From positions 2,428,508 to 2,492,507 of the forward strand of contig MU053588.1 of assembly GCA_013239625.1 (NCBI GenBank): a stretch of DNA of 64,000 bases, given 5' to 3'. Of the stretch, positions 1-12,000 are shown piece by piece (position 1 is the first letter of the stretch; each line of letters starts with the position of its first letter). The notes under the pieces are model-generated. The model did not search any database. It saw only the letters and a list, made by a program, of their open reading frames with translations, and had not been told where the DNA came from. This stretch comes from Lama guanicoe. Lineage: Eukaryota. A program made the translations under genes and the position numbers.

Positions 1-1129
1 ACACAAACTCTGCTTCTTAACCGGAAGGATATCAGGGTTCTAGAAAAGTCTGTGGGATGGGAAATGTTATTGCAGCCATCTTTGGCAATTACAATCTGGT
101 CCCTGTAATAAATCCCACCACTGTACAATCAGTGCTCTATACGATCCACCTGGGTCACAGCCACTAAATCCCAATTCTAAATGGAAATAATTTATTGAGA
201 AGTCTTAACTCCTTGGGATCAAAAACATGATAGTTTCCTTTTGTTTTTTAGTGACTGCACCCACCTGCTATCTGTAAATTTCCTTTTATCCTGCCGAATA
301 AAGGCTACAGGGAACCTTAATGACAATTTCACCGGATTCTCTGTTTCTCTCAGTTTTGTTCATTTTTAAACTTGGACACTAGATAATTTCATGGGATGAT
401 TGCTCTGGTTTCTTAGGTGTGATAATGGTGTGGTTCTGTAGGAGAATGGCCTCATTCTTAGAGGATAAGTGCTGAAGTATTTAGAAGCCAAGACTCGAGA
501 TGGTTGGGCAAATATTCACATGTGTGCGAGGTGTGGTATTCAGAGAGAGAAGGGAAACAGCGTATGTTAACGACTGCTGATTCTGGGTGGAGGGTTATGT
601 GGGAGTCCATTGTAGCATCTTCTCAACTTTTCCATAGATTTCCACTTTTTCATAACAAGTATTTGAGGGGAAAAAAACTTCAACCGAAACCTGATTTAAA
701 GTTCATGGGGGAAGGAAGGTCTAGCTGCTTTTCCCGAGGACTCTGCCCTCTCATTTCCTCCCAAACAGGCTGGGACTTTCTTTCCATTCTCCACTCTTTC
801 CTGGGGGGCATGGTAGAAGTCAGGCTAAACCTCTGTCCTCTCGATGAGTTTTTTGGGTAGGTGGATGGTTCCAATCATGGTGACCTTGAACTTAGGCTGT
901 GGGGCAGTTGGCTGCTTTGTCCCCAACTTTAGGCCTAGTACCAATTCTGGAGGTCCTGGGAAAAATCCAATTCAGCATCCTCTTACAGAAATCTGAAAGA
1001 CAGAGATTGCAGCTGGCTCTCAGCAGCTGGCGGCTAGGATTCCTACCCTGGTGCGGTGCCTGGGGGCTCTTTGGAAATGTGTGGGATATTTAGTGATTGT
1101 CACAGTGACTTGGAAGAGGGTTGCTGTGG

Positions 1130-1600
1130 GTAGCTGTTCTGGAAATTTTTGATGTCAGGACCCTTTGACACTCTTAAAAATATTGAGGACCCCAAGGGGC
1201 TCTTATTTATGTGGGCTATAACTGTTGATATTTACCGTATTAGAACTTAGAGCTGATACTTTGAAAATACAAGAATCCACAAGCACACATTTCATTAGCT
1301 GGCAGAGCAATGACATCATCACATGTCATTGAGCCTCTGGAAAACTCCACTGTACACTCATGAGACAATGAGAGTGAACTAGGCAGAAAACCACCCTGGT
1401 ATTGTCATAATTCTTAATGGAGATACTGGGGATTAAACCCAGGACCCCATGCATGCTAAGTGTGCGCTCTACCATTGAGCAATACCCATCCTCCAATGAC
1501 ATCCTGGTATTATTATGAAGTCTGACTGCGCTGGTATTATTATGAAACTTGTCCACAAGTTTTAACATTGTGGACAGAAGGCCTCAGGGACTCCCAATCC
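1130..1600 (+). mobile_element. hAT-Charlie-type DNA transposon relic, interrupted by a SINE
   Basis: Motif tcaggaccctttgacactcttaaaaatattgaggacccc; the same family occurs in reverse orientation at 38729-39822. Confidence 0.55.
1412..1491 (-). mobile_element. tRNA-Ala-derived SINE (camelid vic-1-like)
   Basis: Reverse complement of the TAGCTCAA-TGGTAGAGCGCA..CTTAGCATGCA..GGTCCTGGGTT-AATCCCCAGTA body. Confidence 0.8.
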
Positions 1601-2214
1601 CCTACAGGCCTGTGCTATTCATCACTCAACTGTAGCTGACCTGAACAGATGTACACAGAGAGGGCCTTGTCTTCAGCCACCTGTCTTCCAATGAATACAT
1701 CCCTGGGGTCTCTGGTGTCTGGGCCAGGCCCAGCCCTCTCCTCAGAGTTCCAGCCCCACATTCCAACATCTTCAGGACAAACTGACTTCTGGAGGTCAAA
1801 GTAGGTCTGTTTAGCCTGAGCCCTATGTTCAGTTACCTCTACTGAAATACCTCGTTTGGTCTCTGTCTTCTTGACAAGCCTCTGACTGACACCAAGTAGA
1901 TTTTACCTGAACTGTCAATTTCCCCCCTCATACCTGTCCTCCTCCACCCCTACAGTCTTCCCCACCTCAGGTCAGAGCTCCACCCTCCACAGAGGAACTC
2001 AAGCCAGGAGCTTGGGCAACATAGAGGGCACCTGCCCCTCCTCATGCAGAGCCAACCATCAATGGGTCGTGCTTACCTCCAAAGCAGATCCTTCCCCCTG
2101 CCTCCAACTTTTTATTTTCAAAATTTCTAAACATGTCCAAGAATTGCAAGAAAAGTACAAGGGCTATCCACATTCTTATGATGTGGATTCATAAGTTTTA
2201 ACAATTAGCATTCT

Positions 2215-2320
2215 CTATATAGCTAGATAGATAGATAGATAGCTGGCTAGAATGGATAGATAGAAAGAAATATAGATAGATAAGATATGTATACAGATAT
2301 TGATAAATAAAGATCTAGAT
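2215..2320. repeat. Degenerate (GATA)n microsatellite
   Basis: tagatagatagat... runs. Confidence 0.85.
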
Positions 2321-2692
2321 TGAAAGAAGTAAGAACAAGAATTTAGTAGTTAAAGAACAACTAGCTCTCTACTGCCACCAGCCCTCTTAGCAATCCTGCA
2401 GGCGGATCACATGGATAAGATAACATCTGAAGAGTCAGCCAGTCCGCACGAAATGGAGAATGATGCAGAATCCAGCCTCTTGCGTCAATGATTCACTGAG
2501 ATTCTTCCTCTTTATTTCCCTTTAAAAATTATCATGGCTGAGAAGACTCCTTTGGAGTTGGTCTCAGGACATGAGTCCACCTTCTCCCCAGATTGCCCAC
2601 TTTTCTTATTAAAACACCTTTCCTTTCTATTGTCACTTGCCCCACAATTCTGGTTTTTGAGCGGCCAGCAGCCAACCCTGAGTTTGGTAACA
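2321..2692 (+). mobile_element. Probable solo ERV LTR (ERV1-like)
   Basis: TG...CA termini (tgaaag...ggtaaca), TATA-like tttaaaaa near 2521, ATTAAA near 2608, near-match 4-bp flanks agat/agag. Confidence 0.6.
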
Positions 2693-2799
2693 AGAGGAGT
2701 CAAGGAGCACTTCCCTAGACAATGGCTGAGACAGATCCTAAAGGATGATGTTGTTCATGACCGTTAGGTCAATTTGAAAAAAGCAAACACTTATTCTAT

Positions 2800-3350
2800 C
2801 AGCATAGGTCTGGCGGGTCTCTCCTGCAGAGCTACTAACCCGGCCCTACCGGCAGGGCCACACGGGGGTGCTATTCTACCGTGGTCTGGAAGAATCCACT
2901 GAGATCCATGTGGCCTTGCAGAAGCCCGAGATTTGAGGGGTGAGTTGAGGTTGGGGTTTGGGGGTGGGGGGCGGGTTGTTTGTCGGAGGATCGTTTCCAA
3001 AGAGACAGAGGCAACAGGGGCGGCGAATGGCCCTGCGTAGGACGGTGGAAGCATCCGGCCCCGGGAGCAGCAGATCGGCGGCGGGGCTGGGGGGCGGGCT
3101 GTTCTTGGTCCTACGCCGGCGGGTCCAGGCAGCCTGGAGGGCCCGGGCGCCTGATGGTGGTAGCTCAGGGCGGAGCTTCCCGGAGAGCTCAGGGAAAGGG
3201 GGCGGGGCGCTAAGCGCTGTCTTTCGGGGAATGTTCCAAAGTGGTCCTCGCCTCTCGCGGAGGCTGATTTCCGGAGAGAAAACGGCTCAGGGGTCGGAGC
3301 TTTCCAAAACACAAGGGGAAGGCGCGCTGAAGCAACCTGAGCTGGACGTC
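2800..3350. promoter_or_regulatory. Intergenic CpG-rich element downstream of NUMBL (orphan CpG island or enhancer candidate)
   Basis: Dense CpG and several GGGCGG boxes with no attached coding exon. Confidence 0.45.
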
Positions 3351-4674
3351 CCCCAAAACATGACCTCGATGGGGAGAAGGGAACATCACCTAATCTTAGG
3401 TGGGACGAGGTCTCCCTAGGTCATTTCTGCCCATCTCACTCGCCAGCGGTTTGCAGAGGTTAAGTTGCCTCTACTGTGAAAGGACCTGTGCTAGGACACC
3501 CAAGCGACCCAGACCCCTCACTCACAGGCCAGTGGGGGACCAGATAGTGACAGCCCAGAATGGGTCAGGGCTGCGACAGCGGAAACAGGCAGAGGAGTTA
3601 CGGCGAGGAAAGGGGAAACACAGCTTCCTGTAGGATCAAAGTGAGGAGGGGGTGCTCCCGACTTAGCCGGAAGGGTCATGGAGCTTTAAAAGGATGGCAG
3701 GGCGGGGCTTGGAAGAATCTCCTTTTCTTAGAAGAGGAGCTATTTGAACTGAGGCCTGAAGAGTGGGTAGCATTCTTCTGGGGGAAGGGGCAGTGCCAGG
3801 AAAGGGTGTTCTAGGCCGAGGAAATGGCATCTGCAAAGACTTGGATTGAGAACGTGTGGCTCCTTTCCAGCAGAGTCCGTTGCTCACTCCCTGGGGAGCC
3901 CCCTGGTGCCTCGGCTGAGCCATCTGTCACAAGTCCCCTAGTCCAGGATCCAGCTGGTGGATGGGCTGTAACGTAAACCCTGGAGGGCTGATCTTAGGCT
4001 TGTTCCCTCACAGCCTGGTTGTTCAACGACTGACCTTGAGGTTGGCCAGAAGCCAGGTTTGAGTTCCAGCTCCCAGACTAACCAGATGTGTGACCTTGGG
4101 TAAGTGACTCAACTTCCTGACCTATCAAATGGGGATATAATGGTGGATTTCACAAAACCAATCACCTCATTTTAAAGAGCTATAAAGAATTAAACATATA
4201 ATTTATATATTATATATTTAAAAATCGGTAACTTTGTAACTATATATATTAAGGAACCCAAGAAATAATAGAAGCTTAACATGCTGCCACATCAGATGAC
4301 ACTTTAGCCTGTTATGAAAATGCAATTGACAAAACATGAATTTACCAGCTCAAAGATATGCTATTCCAAAAAAATAATTATTTAAAAATTTAATACTGAA
4401 CTTAGCAGCAGCAGTTAAGAATTCTTTTAATTCCTTGGTTCAAAATCTGTAAGAACCAGAAACAGGGTGATTCATTTGGAGTATACGTTAATATCCATCT
4501 CTCAAGGGCTGAGTCAGCATTACCTGCTACCATGCTGTGACTCAGGGGTTAATAGGCAGAGAGACCCTTTTTATTCCCTTGGGTTTTAGATGGCTCAGGA
4601 GGAAAGGCTCCATCTCCACACCATCCCCCTGAACACACAGCCTACTTTCTCGAGGGGCACCATTATATTCTTCC

Positions 4675-4680
4675 TTTATT
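4675..4680 (-). terminator. Probable NUMBL polyadenylation signal (AATAAA); a second AATAAA lies at 4570-4575
   Basis: tttatt on the plus strand about 770 nt past the stop, next to a U-rich stretch. Confidence 0.7.
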
Positions 4681-5447
4681 GGCTGTCCTTGTATAATACA
4701 AATCTGCAAGTTTAGATACAAAAAAATCTGGAAATAAAAGGTAGAAAAGTACCCGCCAGGCACCCCTTCCTTCTTCCTGGACACCCCTCCCCAGCGGGCA
4801 CTGACGTGAGGTAACTGAGCATCCTCTCTCCCTTCCTCCCCCCTACCCCGCCTCCTGGGCCCTCAACTTGGCCCCTACCCCCATGAGACCTTGGCCCAAG
4901 GAAGATGTGGGTCCCCGAGGGGAGGGGAGGGGCGGCAGGGGTGAGCACAGCATTGGCAGTGAATGCAGCAGGTGGGCAGAGGGAAGCCCTTTGCTTGTGC
5001 TGTGTATGGGGTTGAGGAATGACCAGGCTTGGGCTAGGTGCTCGTTTGGGGCCCAGGAGGGCTCCTGGGTGGTGGTCCCCCTTTCATCCCACCCAAAACT
5101 GGAAGGTAGAAGAACAATAACAGAAACTGGGAAACGTAGCTTGGACAGAGAGCACTCGGTGGGATTGTGGCCATCCCCCTGTGTCTGGAGTGGGGGAAAG
5201 GGAGCTCTGCCAGACAGTGGCAGTGAAATGGGTCCCTTAGCCAGGCTGGGTCCGTCCCTGAATTCCATCCCGTCGCAACCTGGGCGTCACAATGTCGGTT
5301 CTGTAGTGGTTGTGGGAGGTGGTAAAGAGAAAGGGCATAGAGGGGATACTGGGGGCTTCAACTCCAGGGAGGACTAGGGGAGAGGTTGGGCCTCCACTCC
5401 CAGGCGTCAGGCACCTGGAGATGATGGGGTGGGCAGGGTGGCTTGGG

Positions 5448-5930
5448 CTACAGTTCAATCTCAAAGGTCTTTTGCAGGTCACCCGAGAAGGGGTTGGAAG
5501 GCTTCTCTACGGCAGGTTTGCCTTCTAATGCTGCCCACTGGGCCTCGAAGGGGTCCAACTCAGGGGCCGGGGCAGGCGCTGGCTCCGGGGGCCAGGGCGC
5601 CCCATTGGGGCGTGGACGGGCCTGGCCCCCAGGGACACTGGGTGCGGCAGGGGGCGGGAAGGCCCCGGCTTTCCCGAGCAGGGTGGCAGGCTGGGGCTGG
5701 AGCTGGGCGGCTGAGCAGAAGGCATTGGCCACCATCTGTGAGGGTGTGATGCCCACCACGGGCACCCGGGGCATGGGCGGGTAGCCCAAGCCCGGGTAGG
5801 CGGGCACAAAAGGGGGCTGCAGGTGTGGGGGTGGCAGGAACACGGCCACCTGGGCAGGTGCAGCGTCGAAGGGCCCCATGGGGGCGGGGAAGGGCTGCAG
5901 GCCAGGGGGCACGGCAGGCACTGAGGCCGC

Positions 5931-5979
<49 letters not shown>

Positions 5980-6097
5980 GCTTTTGCCACCTGGGACACC
6001 TCCTCCAGCCACCTCTCAGCCTCCGAAGGGGTCCGCTTGTGTCCAGGCTGGAAGGCAGCTGCAGGGGGCCCAGAGGGCTCACCCCAGGCAGAAGTCC
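5448..6097 (-). CDS. NUMBL: NUMBL exon 10, coding part (polyQ, DPF, NPF, stop TAG)
   Basis: CAG acceptor at 6098-6100; 650 nt to TAG at 5448-5450. Confidence 0.97.
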
Positions 6098-9000
6098 CTG
6101 GAGAGAGGAGAGGGGCAGTTAGGGGGTGCGGGCTGCAGCAGAGAGAACCCTGGGCCGGGGAGCCAACTCTGCAGCCAGGCTGCCTGCCCTGCCTCCAGTT
6201 CTGCCCCTCACTAGCCGGGCAGACTTTGGGCAAAATGCCTGACTGTCCTGGACCACCCAAGGGTCCTGCAGGGCTAAGAAAATAGATTTCTGAGATTCTA
6301 AAGTCCTGAGATGGAAAAGTAGAGGCAAGACTGACAATCACCCAGGCCAGCTTCCCTTCTGATGGGTCAGTGCCAAATCTGTTATTAAACATCTTTAACA
6401 TCACCCTTGGCCCGAATATTTTGCCAATGTATTATTTTAGCAGGCTAGGGTCTGCCAGGGTCTTTCTTAGAGTATACTCTTCCATCACAGTGGAAGTTTC
6501 AGCAGTTTTAAGTTTGTGTTTTCTAAGATTCTGGAGTTCCACATTTACATCATTTGTAATTTCAAGGTGCTTCCGTGGTTCTAGGATAAGCTCATGGTTC
6601 TACGGTGATTCCATGGTGCTATTTTTTCAGCAAGCACTCTTCTAAGGCTGTGAGATTCCAAGGTTTCCTGGCCCCAAATCTGCTAGGCTCTAGTATCTTG
6701 TCATTCTAAGGCTGTAAGTTTCTAAATTTTATGATTCTAAAACAGGAAGGTTTAAAATTGATTCCATGGGTAAACCCTAAAAAAAAAAAAAATCCTATGG
6801 TTCTAAGGTGACCCCATAATTCTAATGAACCCATGGCTCTTAGATGACCCTGTGGTTCTAAAATGAACCATGGTTCTAAAGTGATTGATGCCATGATTTT
6901 AGGATGATCCCATAGCTCTTTTTTAAAAAAATAATATTATTATTTTAAAATTAATTAAAAAATTTTTTTTTCAGTGGAGGTACCAGGAATTGAACTTGGT
7001 ACCTCATGTATGCTAAGCATGTGCTCTATCATTGAGCTATGCCCTCCCCCCACCCCCAGACCCATCCCATAGCTCTTAAATGACCCATGGTTCTGTGGTA
7101 ATCCATTGCTCTTAGATAACCCATGGTTCTAAGCCTGTGGGATTCCAAGATTCCCAGCCTCTCTGCGGTAGCCCTGTAAGGAGCAGGGGAATGCAGAAGG
7201 GGGCTGCAGGGCATCTACCCCAGTAGAAGGGCCGAGTTTACCTCCTGAAGCCGGTGGCGGTCCTGGTGCTGGTGCTCCGGCACTGGCGAAAGACGAGCTG
7301 ATCTGTGTGCACAGAGCACTGATGCTGTCGCTGTCACTGGCACCGGAAGGCTCCATCTCAGGCACTAGGAGGTCAGGGAAGGGCAGAAGTCAGCGAACCA
7401 AGACAGGCCCAGCCTCTGCCTTGGATCCCATCCCCTCAAGTGGCTCCCACTAGGTGTAGGTCCAATCTGCAGTAACTAAGTGGCCACAGCCACAAACATG
7501 ATAACTGTGCATGTGTGTGTGAGACTACTGAGTGGTACAACAGCTAAGTAGTGTGTGACACCTGATGGCTGACAATCACAGGGACCCCAAACCAAGGAGG
7601 ACCTCAGGAGTTGTGTGTAGCCACAAACCAGAAGAAATACCTTAAATGTTTAACACTATACATTAATTTAAAAATATGTTCAACCACGTGTATGGCATGA
7701 GCATCAACTAGACAGAATGGATGTTGGCCACACTGCCACTCACTGGCTCGGGCCATCTGTCTTTCTTGGGTGGAGAAGTGGGGTCCTGTCCCCCAACCAG
7801 GCCCAGCATGTAACATACATCATGAGGGCAGAGATGCACCTGTGCCTGTGAGACGGGAGACACTGAGCAGGTGCGGAGACCTGGTGAGGGTTTGGGATGA
7901 GCAAAGGCACCACATAGACAAGAGGACCATCGAGGGTGGCATGTGACCAGTGCCTGTAACAGCTCAGCAAGGGTCTGTCTCCAAGGGAGTGGGCATGATG
8001 CTCCAGTGAGCATCAGAAAGAAACTGGCTGTTAGGAGTTGGCAGGTGTGACATGGGGGTGCCCAGGTGGGAAGGTAAGTGGCTTCCAGGTCAATTCTGTG
8101 ATGACCGTGCCTGTGAGTCCACAAGGGTGTGCAGCTTCTGAGAGGGTGGCATCTGAGTGTGACTGAAATCCAGGTGTGGGGCATCCTGACTGTGATTCCC
8201 CAGTGTGAGCCAATCCGCCTGCGTGATGTGTGGAACCGGACATTAGTCATCATACGTGACTTCCAAGTTTGTGTGAATCTGGGTGTGTGGCTGGTGAGGG
8301 TGTGTTAATCTGCAGGTGTGATTTCTGAGTGGGATGTCTGGATATGTGCTAAGTGTGTGTTATGGTAACACCAGGTTCTGTGACTTCCAAGTGTGTGCGA
8401 TTTTTGAGTGCTCATGACTCTAGGTGTGTGCTTCTGAGTGTGTGTGACATCTGTGGGAGTCCATGACATTTCTACATGGCAAGTCACATCTAAGCAAGTG
8501 TGCAAGTGGCTACAGGTGTGTGAGGCATCCAAATAAAGCCTGGGGCCCCTGCCACCTCTCAGGGAACAGGTGTGACAGCCCTGGGGGTGTGCTTAATGGC
8601 AGGCTGCTTAATGAGGACAGCAGATCTGAGGGTGTGTGCAGGACATGGAGTGAGTGTGCGTCATTCTCAAGCGTTGGCATCTGCTCAGCAGTCACCTTTC
8701 GGAGCAGCTCAGCCTCCTGGATACTGATCAACACCTCCCACACCAATCCCCGGGACCATGAAGGGTAGATGTCTTCGATTTGGCATCAGGAAGCAGGAGA
8801 GCGGGCCAGACCACATGACTTCAATGACAGCTGGGAGGAAAGGCAGCCCTCCTGCCTGTCTCCCTTGGGCAAAACATGGTTCCATGCCACCTCTCTCTTC
8901 TCTCCCATGGCAGACACTGTTTTTAAATCATGACATATGCCATCTCCTTTTCCTGGTCTATGGCAGACATGAGTAATCAAATACGATTTCTTCCTATTGA

Positions 9001-12000
9001 ACTCTTTACTTACCTTCCCCCTCACCTGGCCAGACCTCGTGGCTCTACTGGCCAAATGCTGGAAGAAAGGACTGATCCTTGTAATTCCATCTTCCCTCTA
9101 AGCAAAACAGGACATCTGTACGGCCTCTCTCCTATCACCAGTGTGGTAGATATTGCTAATCAATGATGATGTACTACTTCTTGCCTCATCACTATCCCTG
9201 GAAGATATGGCTAATCAGTGATGCTGGGTGCTCCCTCTGCCCAATTCTTTGCCTACAAGCGACATCATGAATCTATCATTACGCTCCATGACCTCATGAT
9301 CCCCATGCTCACTTTCACCCTTCACCTCATGTTTCCATAGGCCAAACCCTGGGAGTCATCCCTTGAGCAAAACAGAACACTCCTGTTCTCTCTTCTCGCT
9401 TGCCCACGGAAAACTGCTAATTAACCATGTGGCGTGCTGCCTCACTCTTTTTTCTTGCTCATGGTAGACACTGTAAGGAGATTATGATGTCTGCCTTTAC
9501 TCTGTTCTCCCTGCCCTAGGCAGATATTGTTACTCTACCACAATCCTTCTTTTCTCTGAACCTGTATCTTTCCCCTGGCCAGATCTCATGGCTCTACTGG
9601 CCAGATGCTTGGAGGAAGCATCAGCCTGTGGTGCCGCAGTCTCCTCTTGACCAAAAACATGACATCTGGGCAGCTTCTCTCCTCTCCCTTGCCCACGGAA
9701 GTTTTGCTAATGAATCATGCTGTATGCCACCTCTCACATCCCTAACTACAGCAGACGTTACTAAGTGCTATGACTTTTTGCCACTTTTCTGCTATCCCTC
9801 GCCCGGGGCAGACATTGCTAATCGATCACCACATATACCACCTCTCTCCTCTCTCTTGCTGATGGCAGACACGGCTAATTGATCATGTTGTGTTCCACCT
9901 CTCTCTCCTCTGCCTGTGGCAGACAGTGCTGATCAATCATGGTGTGCGCTACCTCCTCTATCTCTTGCTCACAACAGACAGTGGCATTGATCCAGACGTT
10001 CCCTCCCATGGAGCCCTGGGCTCACCTGTGCCCTTCACCTGGAAGTCAGTTCGGCGCTGCAGTGTGGATGGCAACTCATTTAGCCGTAGGCTCAGCTGCC
10101 GTTTGAAAGGTGAGTTCTTCTGACTGAGCGCCGGGAACCCACGGAAGGAGCCCTGGCGAACCAGCTGCTCCAAGGGGGCATGGCGCCGGGGGATGGCAGC
10201 CGCCGTGGTGCCTGCAGCCACTGGGGTGCCGGCCTCACCCTTCTCGCCAGGGGAGGTGGTAGCCGGTGTTGGGGACACATGCCCAGGCTGGGCAGGGCCA
10301 GGAGCTGCAGTTGGGGCAGCTGCTGCCTCTGCTGGAGACATGAGGGTGACAGGTGGTTAGATACCTCACCTTGGCATTGGAGGCCTCTCCTACCCAGTCC
10401 CTTTGATTGTTTTCCAATGCTGTCTTCCTCACCCCATGTGTCCTGCCCTTAAAACAGGCTGGTCAGAGCCCCGAAATGTCCCTCATCCCCACCCAAGCCA
10501 AGACCAGCTTCCCCAGCAGGCCTGTGGGGAGTCATCACCTACCCTGACCCTCTGTGTATCTCAAGCTTTCTGCCCCCCATCTGTCTTCCTTTACTACACC
10601 TGTGATTTTTCCCTCTGAGACCGACTGTCTCCCCTCCTGATTAATTTAACAAGGGCTTATTTGGTGCACGACCAATGTATCAGGCATTGTTCCAAGTGCC
10701 CTGCAAGTATTAACTCATTCAGTCCTCACAACCATCCAGTGAGGTTGATACTACCATAAGCCCCATTTTCCACATGTGGAAACTACAGCCCAGCAATGGC
10801 AAGTGACTTGCCTGAGCATCAATGCTAGGAAGGGGCAGGCCAACTGCAGAGTCTGCACTCACCCATCTCTCCCTCTGGCCTTGTCTCTCCATGTCATGCT
10901 GTCTTCCTCCATCATTCCATCTGCTCTGTTCTCTCTCTGCCTCCCACCATTCTTCCTACCTCAGGTACCTCCTCCCTTCCTCTAGTTGCTACCCTTTGTT
11001 CTAGACCCAGCTTCTTCCTGTGAGTTTTCCAGATTGTTCCAGCCCCTCAGCCTGGGCTCGCTGCCCCACCCCCTCCTCCCAGGTTGTTCTCTGCAGGTAG
11101 CTGGTCTCTCAATTCAGCATGAGGGGAGGGCTTGTCAATGGCAGGGTCTCCCCACCCTTGCCAACACACAAACCCACAGCCATCCTCCAATCTGGGCCTC
11201 AGCTGAGCCGCAGCCTGAATGCTGGTGAGGTTAAACTCAGGCCCAAATTGGGCAGGGAGGTCACCCAGCACTTCTCCCATCTTCCACGAGGGGTGGTAAG
11301 GCTCTCACCCAGGCGGGGCTGGGGCAGTGGAAACAGCCCGGGACGGGTTGGAAAGGGGAAACCACCTCTGCCCCCACCATCTGGGGCTTCAGGAAGTCCC
11401 CTCCCTTTTCTGGGCTCCAGCGTCCACAACTAAACCTGGGAGAAACATCCCCATGCTGCCTCCCCAGGAATCCTGAGAGAGTCATAGTTGAGGCAGTGAA
11501 TATTCGATGCTCTGGAATCCCACAAAAGCACAGTAAACAACTGTGGGACAGTGCACTGCTCCATAACTCCTAAACTGGGGAGAGTTCTTTGTAAAAGTGG
11601 GTGCCTTGAGACTGAATCAGTGCCTCAACGGCAAAACACTGTGCGATGTGTTCGGCAAATCACACATCACTCTGTAGACTCTCATTTTGCTGTGCAAGTT
11701 CTGAATGCAAAGCACCTGGAAATGATAATATCCTTTGAAATGATAATATCCTTTGGAAACAGTAAAAATTCTTCGCAAACTCTGAAGCATATGACATTCT
11801 TAGTAAATTCTAAGATCCTATATAAGTAGTATTTGTAAACTGTGAAGGGCTGTGTATTCAGTGTGTTCTTTTGCAAACAATAGAACATCATCTACTCAGG
11901 CCCCCTGTTAACTACAGTTTGTAATCTGCTTTGCTGATGATAAAATTCTTAACAAATTCTAATAGATGATGTAAGCCGCAAACTATTTTGTAAGCTGTGA

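Noticed and set aside
2791..3419. 153-173 aa ORFs in the CpG-rich block
   Set aside because: Low-complexity Gly/Arg/Pro composition expected from GC content; no splice or homology support
5251..5257. miR-184 seed-like TCCGTCC in the NUMBL 3' UTR
   Set aside because: On the plus strand, the wrong orientation for the minus-strand mRNA
5429..6285. Overlapping ORFs with poly-Cys, poly-Leu, poly-Ala or poly-Ser
   Set aside because: Alternate-frame or antisense readings of the NUMBL CAG repeat in GC-rich sequence
8860..9990. Possible CRISPR-like repeat-spacer array
   Set aside because: Mammalian intron; units are degenerate along their whole length with no identical repeats, unique spacers or cas genes
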